Below, in pieces: positions 8,701-17,903 of a stretch of 64,000 bases of DNA. The DNA comes from a virus (Duplodnaviria; Heunggongvirae; Uroviricota; Caudoviricetes). How positions within the stretch are numbered: position 1 is the stretch's first letter; the number at the start of each line of letters is the position of its first letter. Under the pieces are notes generated by a model. The model was not told where the DNA came from. It was given only the letters and a program-made list of their open reading frames with translations, and searched no databases. The position numbers and the translations under genes were made by a program. Where the stretch lies: the IMG/VR virus record IMGVR_UViG_3300005918_000016; one strand, given 5' to 3'.

Positions 8701-9468
8701 ATGAACAAGACAGGAATCGGCTACCTGGACTACTCGTGGAACCCCCTCACGGGATGTTCCCCGGTGTCTGCCGGGTGCCAGAACTGCTGGGCCAAGAAGA
8801 GGGCCACCGAGAACGCTGCAACGGGGTCGAAGTGGTACGACCCGAAGGACCCCTTCAAGCCTACGCTGCACCGGGACAGGCTGGACGAGCCCTCCCACCG
8901 CAAGACGCCGTCAGTAATCGGTGTGGGCTTCATGGGGGACATCTGCCACCCGGATCTCCCGGAGGACGCCCTGGCGTGTGTGCTCCAGTCCTGCAGGATC
9001 GCAAACCAGCACACCTACCTGTGGCTGACGAAACGAGCAGACAGGCTGGGAGAGGCCCTCCTCGGGGTGGACCCGGTCCCGAACGTATGGCTCGGTGTGT
9101 CCGTGGAAAATATGGCGGGCGCTATTGAGCGCCTGCCTATCCTTGCACAACTGGCGGAACGTGGATGGCACACCTGGGTCTCGATGGAGCCGCTGATCGG
9201 GTCGGTGACCCTCGCCCCGTCCCCACACCACAACTGGGATCTTGTCGAGTGGGTGATCGTGGGTTGCGAGTCTGGGGACGACCGGAGGCCGATGGACCCC
9301 GCTTGGGTGACCCAGCTTCATGGCGAATGCGACCACTTTGGCATCCCCTTCTTCCTCAAGCAGATGGAGGTGGGGGGCAAAGTCCAGGCGCACCCGACAC
9401 CCTACCTCAACGGTGTACAGCACACCGAGATCCCCGACGCAATCCAGAAGCACCTGGGAACGTCCTAA
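8701..9468 (+). CDS. phage Gp37/Gp68 family (DUF5131) protein
   Basis: WNPLTGCSPVSAGCQNCWA... N-terminal Cys motif and overall pattern typical of PF07505. Confidence 0.65.
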   Translation: MNKTGIGYLDYSWNPLTGCSPVSAGCQNCWAKKRATENAATGSKWYDPKDPFKPTLHRDRLDEPSHRKTPSVIGVGFMGDICHPDLPEDALACVLQSCRIANQHTYLWLTKRADRLGEALLGVDPVPNVWLGVSVENMAGAIERLPILAQLAERGWHTWVSMEPLIGSVTLAPSPHHNWDLVEWVIVGCESGDDRRPMDPAWVTQLHGECDHFGIPFFLKQMEVGGKVQAHPTPYLNGVQHTEIPDAIQKHLGTS

Positions 9469-9968
9469 TGAGCGCCCCGGTCTATCTCTCAGCGTATTGC
9501 GACGCTAGTTATTACTATGTGACTGGGCAGGCCGGGTGGGGCGCATGGCTACGGGACAGCAAGACACGGGTCTTGGTGGCAGCACCGATCCCGTCATCGG
9601 TGGATTGGCTCAAGGGCAACACACAGGTGGAGTTGTTCGCTGTCTACCAGACTGTCCTCTGCGCCTTAAAACATCTGGACAGCGAGACCGGGACGCATCT
9701 CGTTGTGAAGACGGACAACAAAGGGGTCGTTGGGTGGTTTAAAAAGGGGATGGGGTGCGGGGATCGGGAGACGCAGGTAGTAACCGAGACCCTCGCCGCC
9801 GTTGAGGCTGCGGGCGTGACTCTGATTGTGAAGTGGGTGGAAAGCCACCAGCCGAGGAATCGCAACGTGCAGGCATACCTGAACACACGGGTTGATGAGT
9901 TGGCCCGCCGAGCAATGATCCAGGGTGAGCGAGTGTTCTGGAAGAAGCCTATCCGGGAAGCGGTCTGA
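9469..9968 (+). CDS. RNase HI-like
   Basis: DASY...E(LFAV)...TDNKG...H...D catalytic pattern of RNase H. TAATG start/stop overlap with the upstream gene. Confidence 0.65.
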
Positions 9969-10003
9969 TGAAGGACGATCATCAACGGATACCTGAGAAG
10001 GAA

Positions 10004-10031
10004 GAGATCATCCTGGTGTCCGGTTGAGTAG
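10004..10031 (+). promoter_or_regulatory. GAGATCATC-N13-GAGTAG motif with hairpin 10040-10056
   Basis: 13-nt spacer; AAAGGAG; ATG at 10074. Confidence 0.5.
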
Positions 10032-10073
10032 TACAGGTGAGGGGCAAAGGACCCCTGACAAAGGAGCCCAACG

Positions 10074-10343
10074 ATGACGACATCACTGAACCCCGTTGAC
10101 TGGGACGACGACCATGTGGTCGTTATTTCCTTCCTCCACAACCATGGAAGCAACTCCCGGTACCTGACTGCCAACGAACAATGGTATGTGTTTTGCCGTG
10201 GTAACGGATTCGGAAACTGTACTTCCGAACAACTGGAACACAGCGGTTGGAACTGGTCACACGTCAGGGATTCAGACGATACAGGATATGCAAGGATGGC
10301 CAACTGTGTGCGAGAACTGGTGCCCGAGGCGGAACAGAAATAA
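10074..10343 (+). CDS. hypothetical protein
   Basis: Motif plus RBS. Confidence 0.4.
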   Translation: MTTSLNPVDWDDDHVVVISFLHNHGSNSRYLTANEQWYVFCRGNGFGNCTSEQLEHSGWNWSHVRDSDDTGYARMANCVRELVPEAEQK

Positions 10344-10359
10344 ACGAAAAGGAGAGAGA

Positions 10360-11017
10360 GATGTCCAAAGACAAAGTGAACTGGAAGCTCCGGTACAAGG
10401 AAACGGCTCAGGCACTTGCTGCCCTGAAACGGGCGGCGTTGATCCAGGGGACGCAGGACCATCTGATCGAGTTGGAACGGACCAAAATCCGGGAGGCTGC
10501 TGTATCCCTTTCCCAGGAGGCTGACAAGGCAAGGGCAATGGGGAAGACCCTCCAGACGACAGTCCTGGATGCTCTCAAGGGCATGGCGACACAGAGCGAC
10601 ACGTTGGGGACCTTAGCCAACTCTCTTGCCACCGACCAGTTCGGCAACAAAGGGTCGGCAGATGCCGTTAAGGAAGCCCTGATGACTATCGGGGTCCTTA
10701 CAGAGGAACGAGACCAGGCGACCGCTCAGGTTGAGGATCTGACCGAGGCTCTCCGGGAGGAGACCAGGGCACGGGTAACCCTGTCCGTGGAACTGAAGGA
10801 TCTCTACCGTAAGGGCGTGCTCGGTACGGACACGGCGAAGATCCTGAACAGACACTTCGGTTCAGCCCTGCGGGCGAGTAATCGTCATCTTCAGGCGCTC
10901 TGGCCTTCCACCGAAACACAGGAAGGACTCCGTCACCTGTTCAATTGGGCCAAGGGTGCCTTGGCCCGTCAGGCAGACCACGAAAAGGGTTTGTCTGAAG
11001 AGGAGACTACCACATGA
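10360..11017 (+). CDS. coiled-coil hypothetical protein
   Basis: AAAAGGAGAG RBS before ATG 10360. Confidence 0.45.
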
Positions 11018-11325
11018 AAGTCTTGGCCGTGTTCCAGCATGTCACCTATGCACACCTTCAAGCGGCTAACTTCCTCGGTGTTGCCGCAACACCCGAAGCG
11101 GCCAAAGCCATCATGCAGAAAGACATCGACGCATTGGTGGCTGACGGTGCCACTCTGCACAAGGTAACTGCTGAGGCCACTCCCAACAAGGCCATATGGG
11201 CGGAGCGGCATGAGCAGCAACTTGGTCTGGACCCCAGCGATTTACTCGTCCTGAACGCCGATGACCACAACGTGTGTCACGTTGCCCAAGAGTTTGAGTT
11301 AGAAGGTTGGGTACCTGACGCTTAA
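11014..11325 (+). CDS. hypothetical protein
   Basis: ATGA overlap with the upstream stop. Confidence 0.4.
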   Translation: MKVLAVFQHVTYAHLQAANFLGVAATPEAAKAIMQKDIDALVADGATLHKVTAEATPNKAIWAERHEQQLGLDPSDLLVLNADDHNVCHVAQEFELEGWVPDA

Positions 11326-11332
11326 GAAGGAA

Positions 11333-11360
11333 GGGATCATCTCACCACCCTGTTGAGTAG
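11333..11360 (+). promoter_or_regulatory. GGGATCATC-N13-GAGTAG motif with hairpin 11369-11385
   Basis: Exact consensus; GGGAGG; ATG at 11399. Confidence 0.55.
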
Positions 11361-11398
11361 TCCAAGTGAGGGGCAAACGTCCCCTGGGAGGCTCACCG

Positions 11399-11788
11399 AT
11401 GGACATGCAAAAGTTTGTAGGGAAACCCTGCACCGTGTACGAGTGGGTGGGAGAGATGGAGTGGCAGCAGGAGGGATGGAGCCAGGGGGGGCCTCTCCCC
11501 GTCCCGTGGACTGTCACCACGGCGGAAGAAGGCGGTCAGCAAGCCCCAGAAGTGCGGAAGGCTGTCGGGGTCATCCGGGAGTGTTCCCTCATGGGGGACA
11601 ACCCCCGACTGCTGTGCATGGTGGAGTTGTCCGATGGCACCCTCTGGCGAGGGGACTCTCAGGATCACAACTTTGACATTGAGTTAGAGAAGGGAGCGGA
11701 CGGGAGTCTGACGCTGACGTGGGGAAGCCCCGATGGAAGCGACACGCTGTGGAAGGACCTGTGGGTACACATCCCCGCTGCCTACTAG
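11399..11788 (+). CDS. hypothetical protein
   Basis: Motif plus RBS. Confidence 0.45.
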   Translation: MDMQKFVGKPCTVYEWVGEMEWQQEGWSQGGPLPVPWTVTTAEEGGQQAPEVRKAVGVIRECSLMGDNPRLLCMVELSDGTLWRGDSQDHNFDIELEKGADGSLTLTWGSPDGSDTLWKDLWVHIPAAY

Positions 11789-11802
11789 GAGCACGACAAA
11801 AA

Positions 11803-11830
11803 GGGATCATCTCACCGACCTGCTGAGTAG
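11803..11830 (+). promoter_or_regulatory. GGGATCATC-N13-GAGTAG motif with hairpin 11839-11856
   Basis: Exact consensus; AAGGAG; ATG at 11875. Confidence 0.55.
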
Positions 11831-11874
11831 TTAAAGTGAGGGGGCAAATGACCCCTGACAAGGAGACCAACGCA

Positions 11875-12510
11875 ATGAGCAACCCTCAGATAGATACCCT
11901 GGTCAAACGGATCGCCGCCGCTCGGGACGCTTATTACAACGGCTCCCCCATCATGACGGATGTGGTTTACGACGCCCTGGAAGATCAGCTTCGAGCGCTC
12001 GACCCCAAGCACCCGGAACTCCTCAAGGTCGGTGCAGCCCCCGCCCCGGTCAAGGGTGCATGGCCGAAGGTCCGGCACAGCATCCCAATGTCCAGCCTGA
12101 ACAAGGCCCAGGTCGAAACGGATCTGGCTGCGTGGTTCGCCTCGGTGAGCAACGCCGATGTCGCTGTGATGGACAAACTTGATGGTATCTCGTGTTTTGA
12201 TGGGGCTACCCCACTGCATCTGGCTAATGGGGAAACTGTCCCCCTTCAAGAGGTCGTAGAAAAGGGACTGATGCCCCAAGTTTTAACCTGGGATCCTGAA
12301 AGGGGGGTCACCACTGAACAAGTCGTGGCCGTCAAAGACAACGGCATCAAGGATAACTGGGTTCGGGTTACCTTTGAAACGGATCCCCTGCATCTGGGAT
12401 CCTCTGTTGTGGTGACTGAAGACCATCTCTTCTATGTCAAGGATAAAGGGTGGGTTGAAGCTAAAGATCTCACGGGTGAAGACGTGCTTGACTGTACCGA
12501 ACAACCCTGA
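11875..12510 (+). CDS. ligA: NAD-dependent DNA ligase N-terminal fragment (adenylation KLDG) fused to split-intein N-half (~105 aa)
   Basis: N-terminus matches the LigA Ia/adenylation region up to KLDGIS. Then CFDGATPLHL...TEDHLF...DVLDC is Hint-N-like (Cys1, TxxH block) and runs to a stop at 12510. Confidence 0.7.
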   Translation: MSNPQIDTLVKRIAAARDAYYNGSPIMTDVVYDALEDQLRALDPKHPELLKVGAAPAPVKGAWPKVRHSIPMSSLNKAQVETDLAAWFASVSNADVAVMDKLDGISCFDGATPLHLANGETVPLQEVVEKGLMPQVLTWDPERGVTTEQVVAVKDNGIKDNWVRVTFETDPLHLGSSVVVTEDHLFYVKDKGWVEAKDLTGEDVLDCTEQP

Positions 12511-13531
12511 TAGTTTAGACCCCAGGATACCCCATCTAGCGGGTGTCCTGGGGGGCCTTATGTTATTAGGGGACGCTTGGTTTGTTGAACATTTCAGGAA
12601 AACCAGAAAACGGGGTAACACGATAGCTGGTCGTCAATGGACCTTGCGAGTAAAGCAAGAAAAACCTGTCCTGACAAAAATTTGTGACCGCTGTGGACAT
12701 AAAGAGATCACCTTATCGAGTCCATTATCTCGGGTTCGGCACGTGGTTAAACAAGCTGTAGAACAGGAACAGAAGTGGGGTCTGCATCTTTGCCCCAAAT
12801 GTGCTCGTAAGGAGGCACGCAAAAAGGCAGCTATTACGAGAGCAACGCCCGGATGGAGTGAGAACTTTGGTCGTCAAGTAGCTTTGGGTCTGGCTTTAAT
12901 ACCGTCAGACAAAAATGCAGAACGATATGAAAGAGCACGTCAAACCCGTATTGCCACCTATTCCCGCATGACACCGAAGGAACGACGCAGAGGTGTCGTC
13001 AAGCAATGGCAAACAATGACGGAGGAGGCTAAACAACGGAGAGCAAAAAAAATAGGCGAGGGTGCCAAAAAAGTTTGGGCCTCATTAACGCCAGAACAAA
13101 GAAACCAACGGGTTGCTCGGATGATCAAGGGGCTCCCTCGATCAAAGATATCGGATGATTTTCGACAACATCTGATAGATGCGAGATTGTATGCAGGCTT
13201 TGTAAGTGAACAAGTCATTTCAGGTTTCACCGTTGATGAGGCTAATGAGACCTTGAAAGTGATCCTTGAGTTCTTTGGGGACTACTATCATTGTAACCCG
13301 AGTAACCCCAAATTCTCAGACCCTGAGTTCTACAACACAACAATCCGAATGACATCGGCCCAAAAATGGCAGTATGATCGCCGTCGTTTAGCGGGACTCA
13401 GAAAAGTAGGGTACCGTATTCTAGTGGTATGGGAAAGTGACTGGCGTAAAAACCCTGAAGATGTGTTGAGCAGAGTGCGGACATTTCTGAATCAGTTTAA
13501 AACGGGATCATCTGCGGACCCCACAGAGTAG
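12434..13531 (+). CDS. free-standing putative homing endonuclease (LAGLIDADG-like HLAGVLGGLMLLGDA plus Vsr/PD-(D/E)xK-like C-terminal domain)
   Basis: Lies between the two intein halves in another frame. C-terminus GDYYHCNP...ILVVWESDW resembles Vsr-type endonuclease folds. Ends GSSADPTE inside a promoter motif. Confidence 0.5.
   Translation: MSRIKGGLKLKISRVKTCLTVPNNPDSLDPRIPHLAGVLGGLMLLGDAWFVEHFRKTRKRGNTIAGRQWTLRVKQEKPVLTKICDRCGHKEITLSSPLSRVRHVVKQAVEQEQKWGLHLCPKCARKEARKKAAITRATPGWSENFGRQVALGLALIPSDKNAERYERARQTRIATYSRMTPKERRRGVVKQWQTMTEEAKQRRAKKIGEGAKKVWASLTPEQRNQRVARMIKGLPRSKISDDFRQHLIDARLYAGFVSEQVISGFTVDEANETLKVILEFFGDYYHCNPSNPKFSDPEFYNTTIRMTSAQKWQYDRRRLAGLRKVGYRILVVWESDWRKNPEDVLSRVRTFLNQFKTGSSADPTE
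13504..13531 (+). promoter_or_regulatory. GGGATCATC-N13-GAGTAG motif located inside the fractured ligase locus
   Basis: Exact consensus; GAGG; ATG at 13563. Confidence 0.55.
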
Positions 13532-13562
13532 ACCTAGTGACGGTCATCAAACGAGGTCTACA

Positions 13563-15428
13563 ATGCGAGTTGCATCCGTTGAGAAAGTACCGGGACCCAG
13601 AAGAGCCTTTGATCTGACAATCCGCAATACGTCCTGTTACTTTGTGGGGCCTGGAATTTTAGCACACAACTGTGGGATGAGATACGAAAACAGGAAGCTA
13701 GTGCAGGCGCTGACACGGGGCGACGGGACGATAGGCGAGGATATCACCCGGAACGTCCTGCTGATGAAGGGTGCAGTCAAGGTACTGCCCCCGACGTTAC
13801 CGGATGGCACCCCCACCCCAGACGATGTGTGGGTGCGGGCCGAGGTTGTGGTGACCCACGATGACTTCGTCACCCACTTCAAGGGCGAATCCAACCCCCG
13901 TAACACGGCGAGCGGCACTGCGAAACGTCAAACTGACAACAGCAAATGTGCCTTCCTGACGGTTATCTGCTATCAACTCCTGCCCGGTGGTCGCCCGATG
14001 GCGTCCAAGAGCGCCGAGTTGAAGGCCCTGGCCACGATGGGCTTCCAGGTACCCCGCTGGGGTGAGTACAAGGGACTGGCAGCAGTGGAGGCCCTCTACC
14101 AGGACTACATCGCCACCGTCAGGAAGAGCCTGGGTTACGATATCGACGGGCTGGTGATCGAGGTGGCTGACGCCAACGCCCGTGCGATGCTTGGGGAACT
14201 GAACAACCGCCCCAAGGGTGCCTGCGCTTATAAGTTTCCTCATGAGTCCAAGCCGACCACGCTGCGGAGCATCCGTTGGCAGGTAGGCAACAGCGGGCGC
14301 ATCACCCCGGTGGCCGAATTTGACGTTGTGAACCTCGCAGGGGCGAACGTCAAACAGGCGAGCCTTCACAACATCAGCAACATCGAAGGGCTGTGGGGCA
14401 AAGCCACTGTTCCGGTACCCGGCGACGCAATTCTCGTTTCTCGCAGAAATGATGTTATCCCCTATGTAGAGGAAGTCCTGAACAAGTTCGGTACAGGCAC
14501 GGGACTCCGCACCCCGACCCAGTGCCCCTCCTGCCAGGGAGCCTTGGTGCGGGACGGCGAGTACCTTGTGTGCCGCAGCGAGGAGTGCCCCGCCCAGGCA
14601 ACCGGGGCCATCAGACGCTGGGTCAAGAAGCTCGGTGTCCTACACGTTGGCGAGACCCTGATCGACGCAATGGTGGATGCGTTCCCTTTCACCCTCACCG
14701 AGGAAGTGTTTGAAGTCACCTTCGGCGTAAAGAAGGATGACGTGAAGACCCTCCCGGCAGCGGATCAGGAACGGATACGCAACGCCCCAATGGACATCGC
14801 TGACCTCTACAACCTGGACCTGGACGAGGTCGCCTCCCTGGAGTTGAGCGGACGGCGTGTCGGCGGCTCGGCGGACAAAGCCCTCAGGAACCTTAACGCC
14901 AAGAAGACGCTGCCCCTGCACGTCCTGATAGGGAGCCTGGGTATCCCCCTGATCGGGCGCAGCATGGCCAAGGTGGTTGTGGACGCTGGATACACCACCC
15001 TGAACCTGCTCTTCAAGGCCAAGGTGCATGTTCCCATCGTCACCAGGGGCAAGACCCTCCCGGCAGTTGCCAGCATCCCTGGAATGGGGGACACGAAAGC
15101 GCTGGCCTTCGTGACGGGATTTGCTGCCAAGGCCGGGCTGATCGTCAAGTTGCGGGCCACGCAAGACCTTGGCGGAGCCGACATCACCATCCAGGACATC
15201 TCCGGGCCGTTGCTCGGGATGACCTTTTGCCTGACTGGCACCCGTGAACCCGCCCTGCTCGATGCTATCGAAAAGGCGGGTGGCACAATGAAGGGCAGCG
15301 TGTCCAAGAAACTATCCTACCTGATCGCCCTGGACCCGGACAGTACCTCGGGCAAAGCGAAAAAGGCCAAGCAGTACGGCGTGAAGGTGATCGGCTTGGA
15401 CGAGGCGTACAAGCTGGCGGGGGTGTGA
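13563..15428 (+). CDS. ligA: split-intein C-half (36 aa, ...GILAHN) fused to the NAD-dependent DNA ligase C-terminal extein (Cys4 Zn finger, HhH, BRCT)
   Basis: MRVASVEKVPGPRRAFDLTIRNTSCYFVGPGILAHN|CGMRYENRKLV...TRGDGTIGEDIT continues the LigA sequence after KLDG. CPSCQG...CRSEECPAQ zinc finger. C-terminal BRCT-like region. Confidence 0.75.
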   Translation: MRVASVEKVPGPRRAFDLTIRNTSCYFVGPGILAHNCGMRYENRKLVQALTRGDGTIGEDITRNVLLMKGAVKVLPPTLPDGTPTPDDVWVRAEVVVTHDDFVTHFKGESNPRNTASGTAKRQTDNSKCAFLTVICYQLLPGGRPMASKSAELKALATMGFQVPRWGEYKGLAAVEALYQDYIATVRKSLGYDIDGLVIEVADANARAMLGELNNRPKGACAYKFPHESKPTTLRSIRWQVGNSGRITPVAEFDVVNLAGANVKQASLHNISNIEGLWGKATVPVPGDAILVSRRNDVIPYVEEVLNKFGTGTGLRTPTQCPSCQGALVRDGEYLVCRSEECPAQATGAIRRWVKKLGVLHVGETLIDAMVDAFPFTLTEEVFEVTFGVKKDDVKTLPAADQERIRNAPMDIADLYNLDLDEVASLELSGRRVGGSADKALRNLNAKKTLPLHVLIGSLGIPLIGRSMAKVVVDAGYTTLNLLFKAKVHVPIVTRGKTLPAVASIPGMGDTKALAFVTGFAAKAGLIVKLRATQDLGGADITIQDISGPLLGMTFCLTGTREPALLDAIEKAGGTMKGSVSKKLSYLIALDPDSTSGKAKKAKQYGVKVIGLDEAYKLAGV

Positions 15429-15430
15429 CG

Positions 15431-16051
15431 ATGGGTGAGGTCGTACCAGGACCAGGGACGCTTCAGTTTGCGCTGGACAGCATAAATGATCCGGTGTTGC
15501 AAAAGGTTAAGGACCAGCAGCCCCTCACCCCTGAAGACCAAAATCATCTGAGGGAAAAGATGGGGCTTCCTGGTCCTGAGCATGTGCCTTGGGGTCATGG
15601 CCCCTGGAAACGGGACGACCCGGATATGCTCGCCCTTGATTATTTGAAGGACACTACGGTTTTTGGCTCCTGTGATAAGGAGACAGATGAATACCTGGAG
15701 AACACAATCTGGGAGTGGTACCGAGGTGTGAGACTCGCATTCCAAGAGTGTGGGTGCCAAAACTGCATGCAGATTGGAGAGGCAAAAACGATGACAGCGC
15801 CCGCTGCAATTGCCCGTGGTGAAAGGCACTACGCAGCCGTAATGAACAAACGCCTGCCACGGGGGTGGAGAAAACAGCCTAAAGTGCTGGCCCTCATTGC
15901 CAAGTTTGACCAGGAACTGAAGGCAGCAGGCAACGATCTCATGCGGACGGCACGGGGGGACAACTACGCTGGGGATACAGCACCTGAGGCAACCGGGCCA
16001 ATCGGAAAGGAATGGACCCTTCGGGAATGGCCTCGGGAGTACAGTTGGTGA
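15431..16051 (+). CDS. hypothetical protein, paralog of 16725-17348
   Basis: Shares GPGTLQFA...CGCxNC...ARGERxxAxxMNK...GWRKxPxVLAxI with the downstream paralog. Confidence 0.5.
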   Translation: MGEVVPGPGTLQFALDSINDPVLQKVKDQQPLTPEDQNHLREKMGLPGPEHVPWGHGPWKRDDPDMLALDYLKDTTVFGSCDKETDEYLENTIWEWYRGVRLAFQECGCQNCMQIGEAKTMTAPAAIARGERHYAAVMNKRLPRGWRKQPKVLALIAKFDQELKAAGNDLMRTARGDNYAGDTAPEATGPIGKEWTLREWPREYSW

Positions 16052-16662
16052 TGAACACTGAGGCTACAAACGTCACCAGCCAGTGGTTGGGACAGAACTG
16101 GCAGACCTTTCAGGAAGCGGGACATTACGGTCTCCGTACCTGGGCGGTGCCCATCCCTTCAAGTGATGTGGAGGACGTGATCCAGGACACGGCCATACAA
16201 TTCATTCATGTCGATGCTCTTCGCTTCTTCATTCACCGGGAAGGGGAGGAACTGAAAAGCTCTCTGACCTTAGACCGACTAGGTCTGTTTATAGCCCGTA
16301 AGGCCATCAAGTGGCTCCAACGAGCCGGTCAAGACGTAGTTCCCCGTAGCAGCCTGGGGGCACAGACAAAATGGGAGTGGCAAGGCAAAACCACAGCACC
16401 ACAGCCGCCCACATCGTATGAAGTGGACCCGTCGAACAGCCAATGGACAGCGGGTTGTCAAATGGAGCTTGTGGAGTCCGTTTGCACTCAGATCTTTCCG
16501 GACAACGCTGAACGGTACGTGGCTATCATCAAACGAAGGGTTGAAGGTTACAGCCAGACTGAGATAGCCGCAGAGTTCGGTTCTACTAAGGGTCGGATCG
16601 GTCGTGTTCTCCAGCGTGTTCGTCGGGAGTTTCAGCCCTTCCGGGAGGCCCTTTGCAGTTGA
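16051..16662 (+). CDS. ECF-type sigma-70 family factor (regions 2 and 4)
   Basis: DVEDVIQDTAIQFI resembles ECF region 2. C-terminal RRVEGYSQTEIAAEFGSTKGRIGRVLQRVRREF resembles the region 4.2 HTH. ATGA overlap with the upstream stop. Confidence 0.55.
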   Translation: MNTEATNVTSQWLGQNWQTFQEAGHYGLRTWAVPIPSSDVEDVIQDTAIQFIHVDALRFFIHREGEELKSSLTLDRLGLFIARKAIKWLQRAGQDVVPRSSLGAQTKWEWQGKTTAPQPPTSYEVDPSNSQWTAGCQMELVESVCTQIFPDNAERYVAIIKRRVEGYSQTEIAAEFGSTKGRIGRVLQRVRREFQPFREALCS

Positions 16663-16663
16663 C

Positions 16664-16691
16664 GGGATCATCTGTGGCGGCGGCAGAGTAG
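16664..16691 (+). promoter_or_regulatory. GGGATCATC-N13-GAGTAG motif
   Basis: Exact consensus; GAGGA; ATG at 16725. Confidence 0.55.
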
Positions 16692-16724
16692 TGTGGATGA
16701 GGCACTAGACTTAGAGGATGACTG

Positions 16725-17348
16725 ATGGACAATGTCATACCAGGGCCGGGCACGCTTCAGTTTGCCTTTAACCAGATGAAGGATCCGCTGGATCGGAAGT
16801 TCATTGACCACCCGGAACTCGTCACGGACGAGGAAATAAAGGAGATGGCCGCTCGGTTGCCTGGAGGTAAAGGCCATCACACTTGGCCCGAAGGTCCCTG
16901 GCAGCGGGAAGGGCTTGACCTGTTTGATATGATCATCGCAAACTTCAGTGATGACATCCTCAAAAACCCCATCAACCCAGACAACCTCGATGATGAGGAT
17001 GCCTTGGAATACACGATCAGTCAGTGGTACTTGGATGTTCGCTTTGTCTTTCGTCCTTGTGGTTGTGGGAACTGCGGGGATGCCGGGGATGCCGTAACGT
17101 GTATTGTCCCCGAGGCTATTACTCGGGGAGAACGAAGATTTGCTCCCATCATGAACAAATACCACACAAAGGGATGGCGCAAACACCCCAGAGTACTTGC
17201 CTTCATTCGACAATTTGACGGCGAATTGGAGGCAGCGGACTGGGACCTGATGAAAACCAAACGATGGCATGAATACGCCTGCTCATCGGCACCACTTTTG
17301 ACGCACCGTTGGGCCAATTGGTCTCTCCAAGAATGGCCCCGGCAATGA
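16725..17348 (+). CDS. hypothetical protein, paralog of 15431-16051
   Basis: See paralog entry. Confidence 0.5.
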   Translation: MDNVIPGPGTLQFAFNQMKDPLDRKFIDHPELVTDEEIKEMAARLPGGKGHHTWPEGPWQREGLDLFDMIIANFSDDILKNPINPDNLDDEDALEYTISQWYLDVRFVFRPCGCGNCGDAGDAVTCIVPEAITRGERRFAPIMNKYHTKGWRKHPRVLAFIRQFDGELEAADWDLMKTKRWHEYACSSAPLLTHRWANWSLQEWPRQ

Positions 17349-17376
17349 CACAGTTACAGGACAAGGAGACAAGCCA

Positions 17377-17619
17377 ATGATGATCACAGGACAGCATAAG
17401 GTTCTCATGGCCGACATGACCTGGAAGGCAGCTCAGGATGTGACGGTGGGAGACCTGTTGAGTGTTCCTTGGCTGATTGGTGCTATCGGTGCTGATGGGT
17501 CTACGGAGGCACCGGCCCGGTTCCCTCTGGACCAGGGTCATCTCAAGGTGTCCCCTGGGGGGACGGTGGTCCGAATCCTGCAGATCAGTAGGACACTGGA
17601 CAAGAAACGGGGAGACTGA
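17377..17619 (+). CDS. hypothetical protein
   Basis: AAGGAGAC RBS. Confidence 0.4.
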   Translation: MMITGQHKVLMADMTWKAAQDVTVGDLLSVPWLIGAIGADGSTEAPARFPLDQGHLKVSPGGTVVRILQISRTLDKKRGD

Positions 17620-17621
17620 TC

Positions 17622-17903
17622 GTGCGTAAAACGAACAAGACCCAGGACGGGCGGGTGACCTACTGGGTCGAGCACACGGACCCTGAGGAGCGTGGCAACT
17701 CCTGGTCGGTGGCTGGCCGTGGTGTTTTCCAGTTTTCCCATGAGGACGGCACAACCTTCTCTGCCTCAACGGTCAGCAAACTGGCATATGGGAAAACGGA
17801 AGCCCACGCTATCAAGGGCCTGGAGCGACGGTTCCTGAAGTCCCTGACTCGGGTCGCCGCCCTCATCAACGGAGCACAGGAACAAACGGGAGAGACGACA
17901 TGA
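17622..17903 (+). CDS. hypothetical protein (GTG start)
   Basis: Compact spacing. Confidence 0.35.
   Translation: MRKTNKTQDGRVTYWVEHTDPEERGNSWSVAGRGVFQFSHEDGTTFSASTVSKLAYGKTEAHAIKGLERRFLKSLTRVAALINGAQEQTGETT

Noticed and set aside
11875-15428. Reading the three-frame ligase region as a frameshifted pseudogene with a decayed intein
   Set aside because: The N-half stops cleanly after a ~105-aa Hint-N. The C-half starts with ATG plus a 36-aa Hint-C. The middle ORF has its own start. This is the split-intein plus free-standing endonuclease layout rather than random frameshifts. A sequencing-error explanation cannot be excluded without reads.
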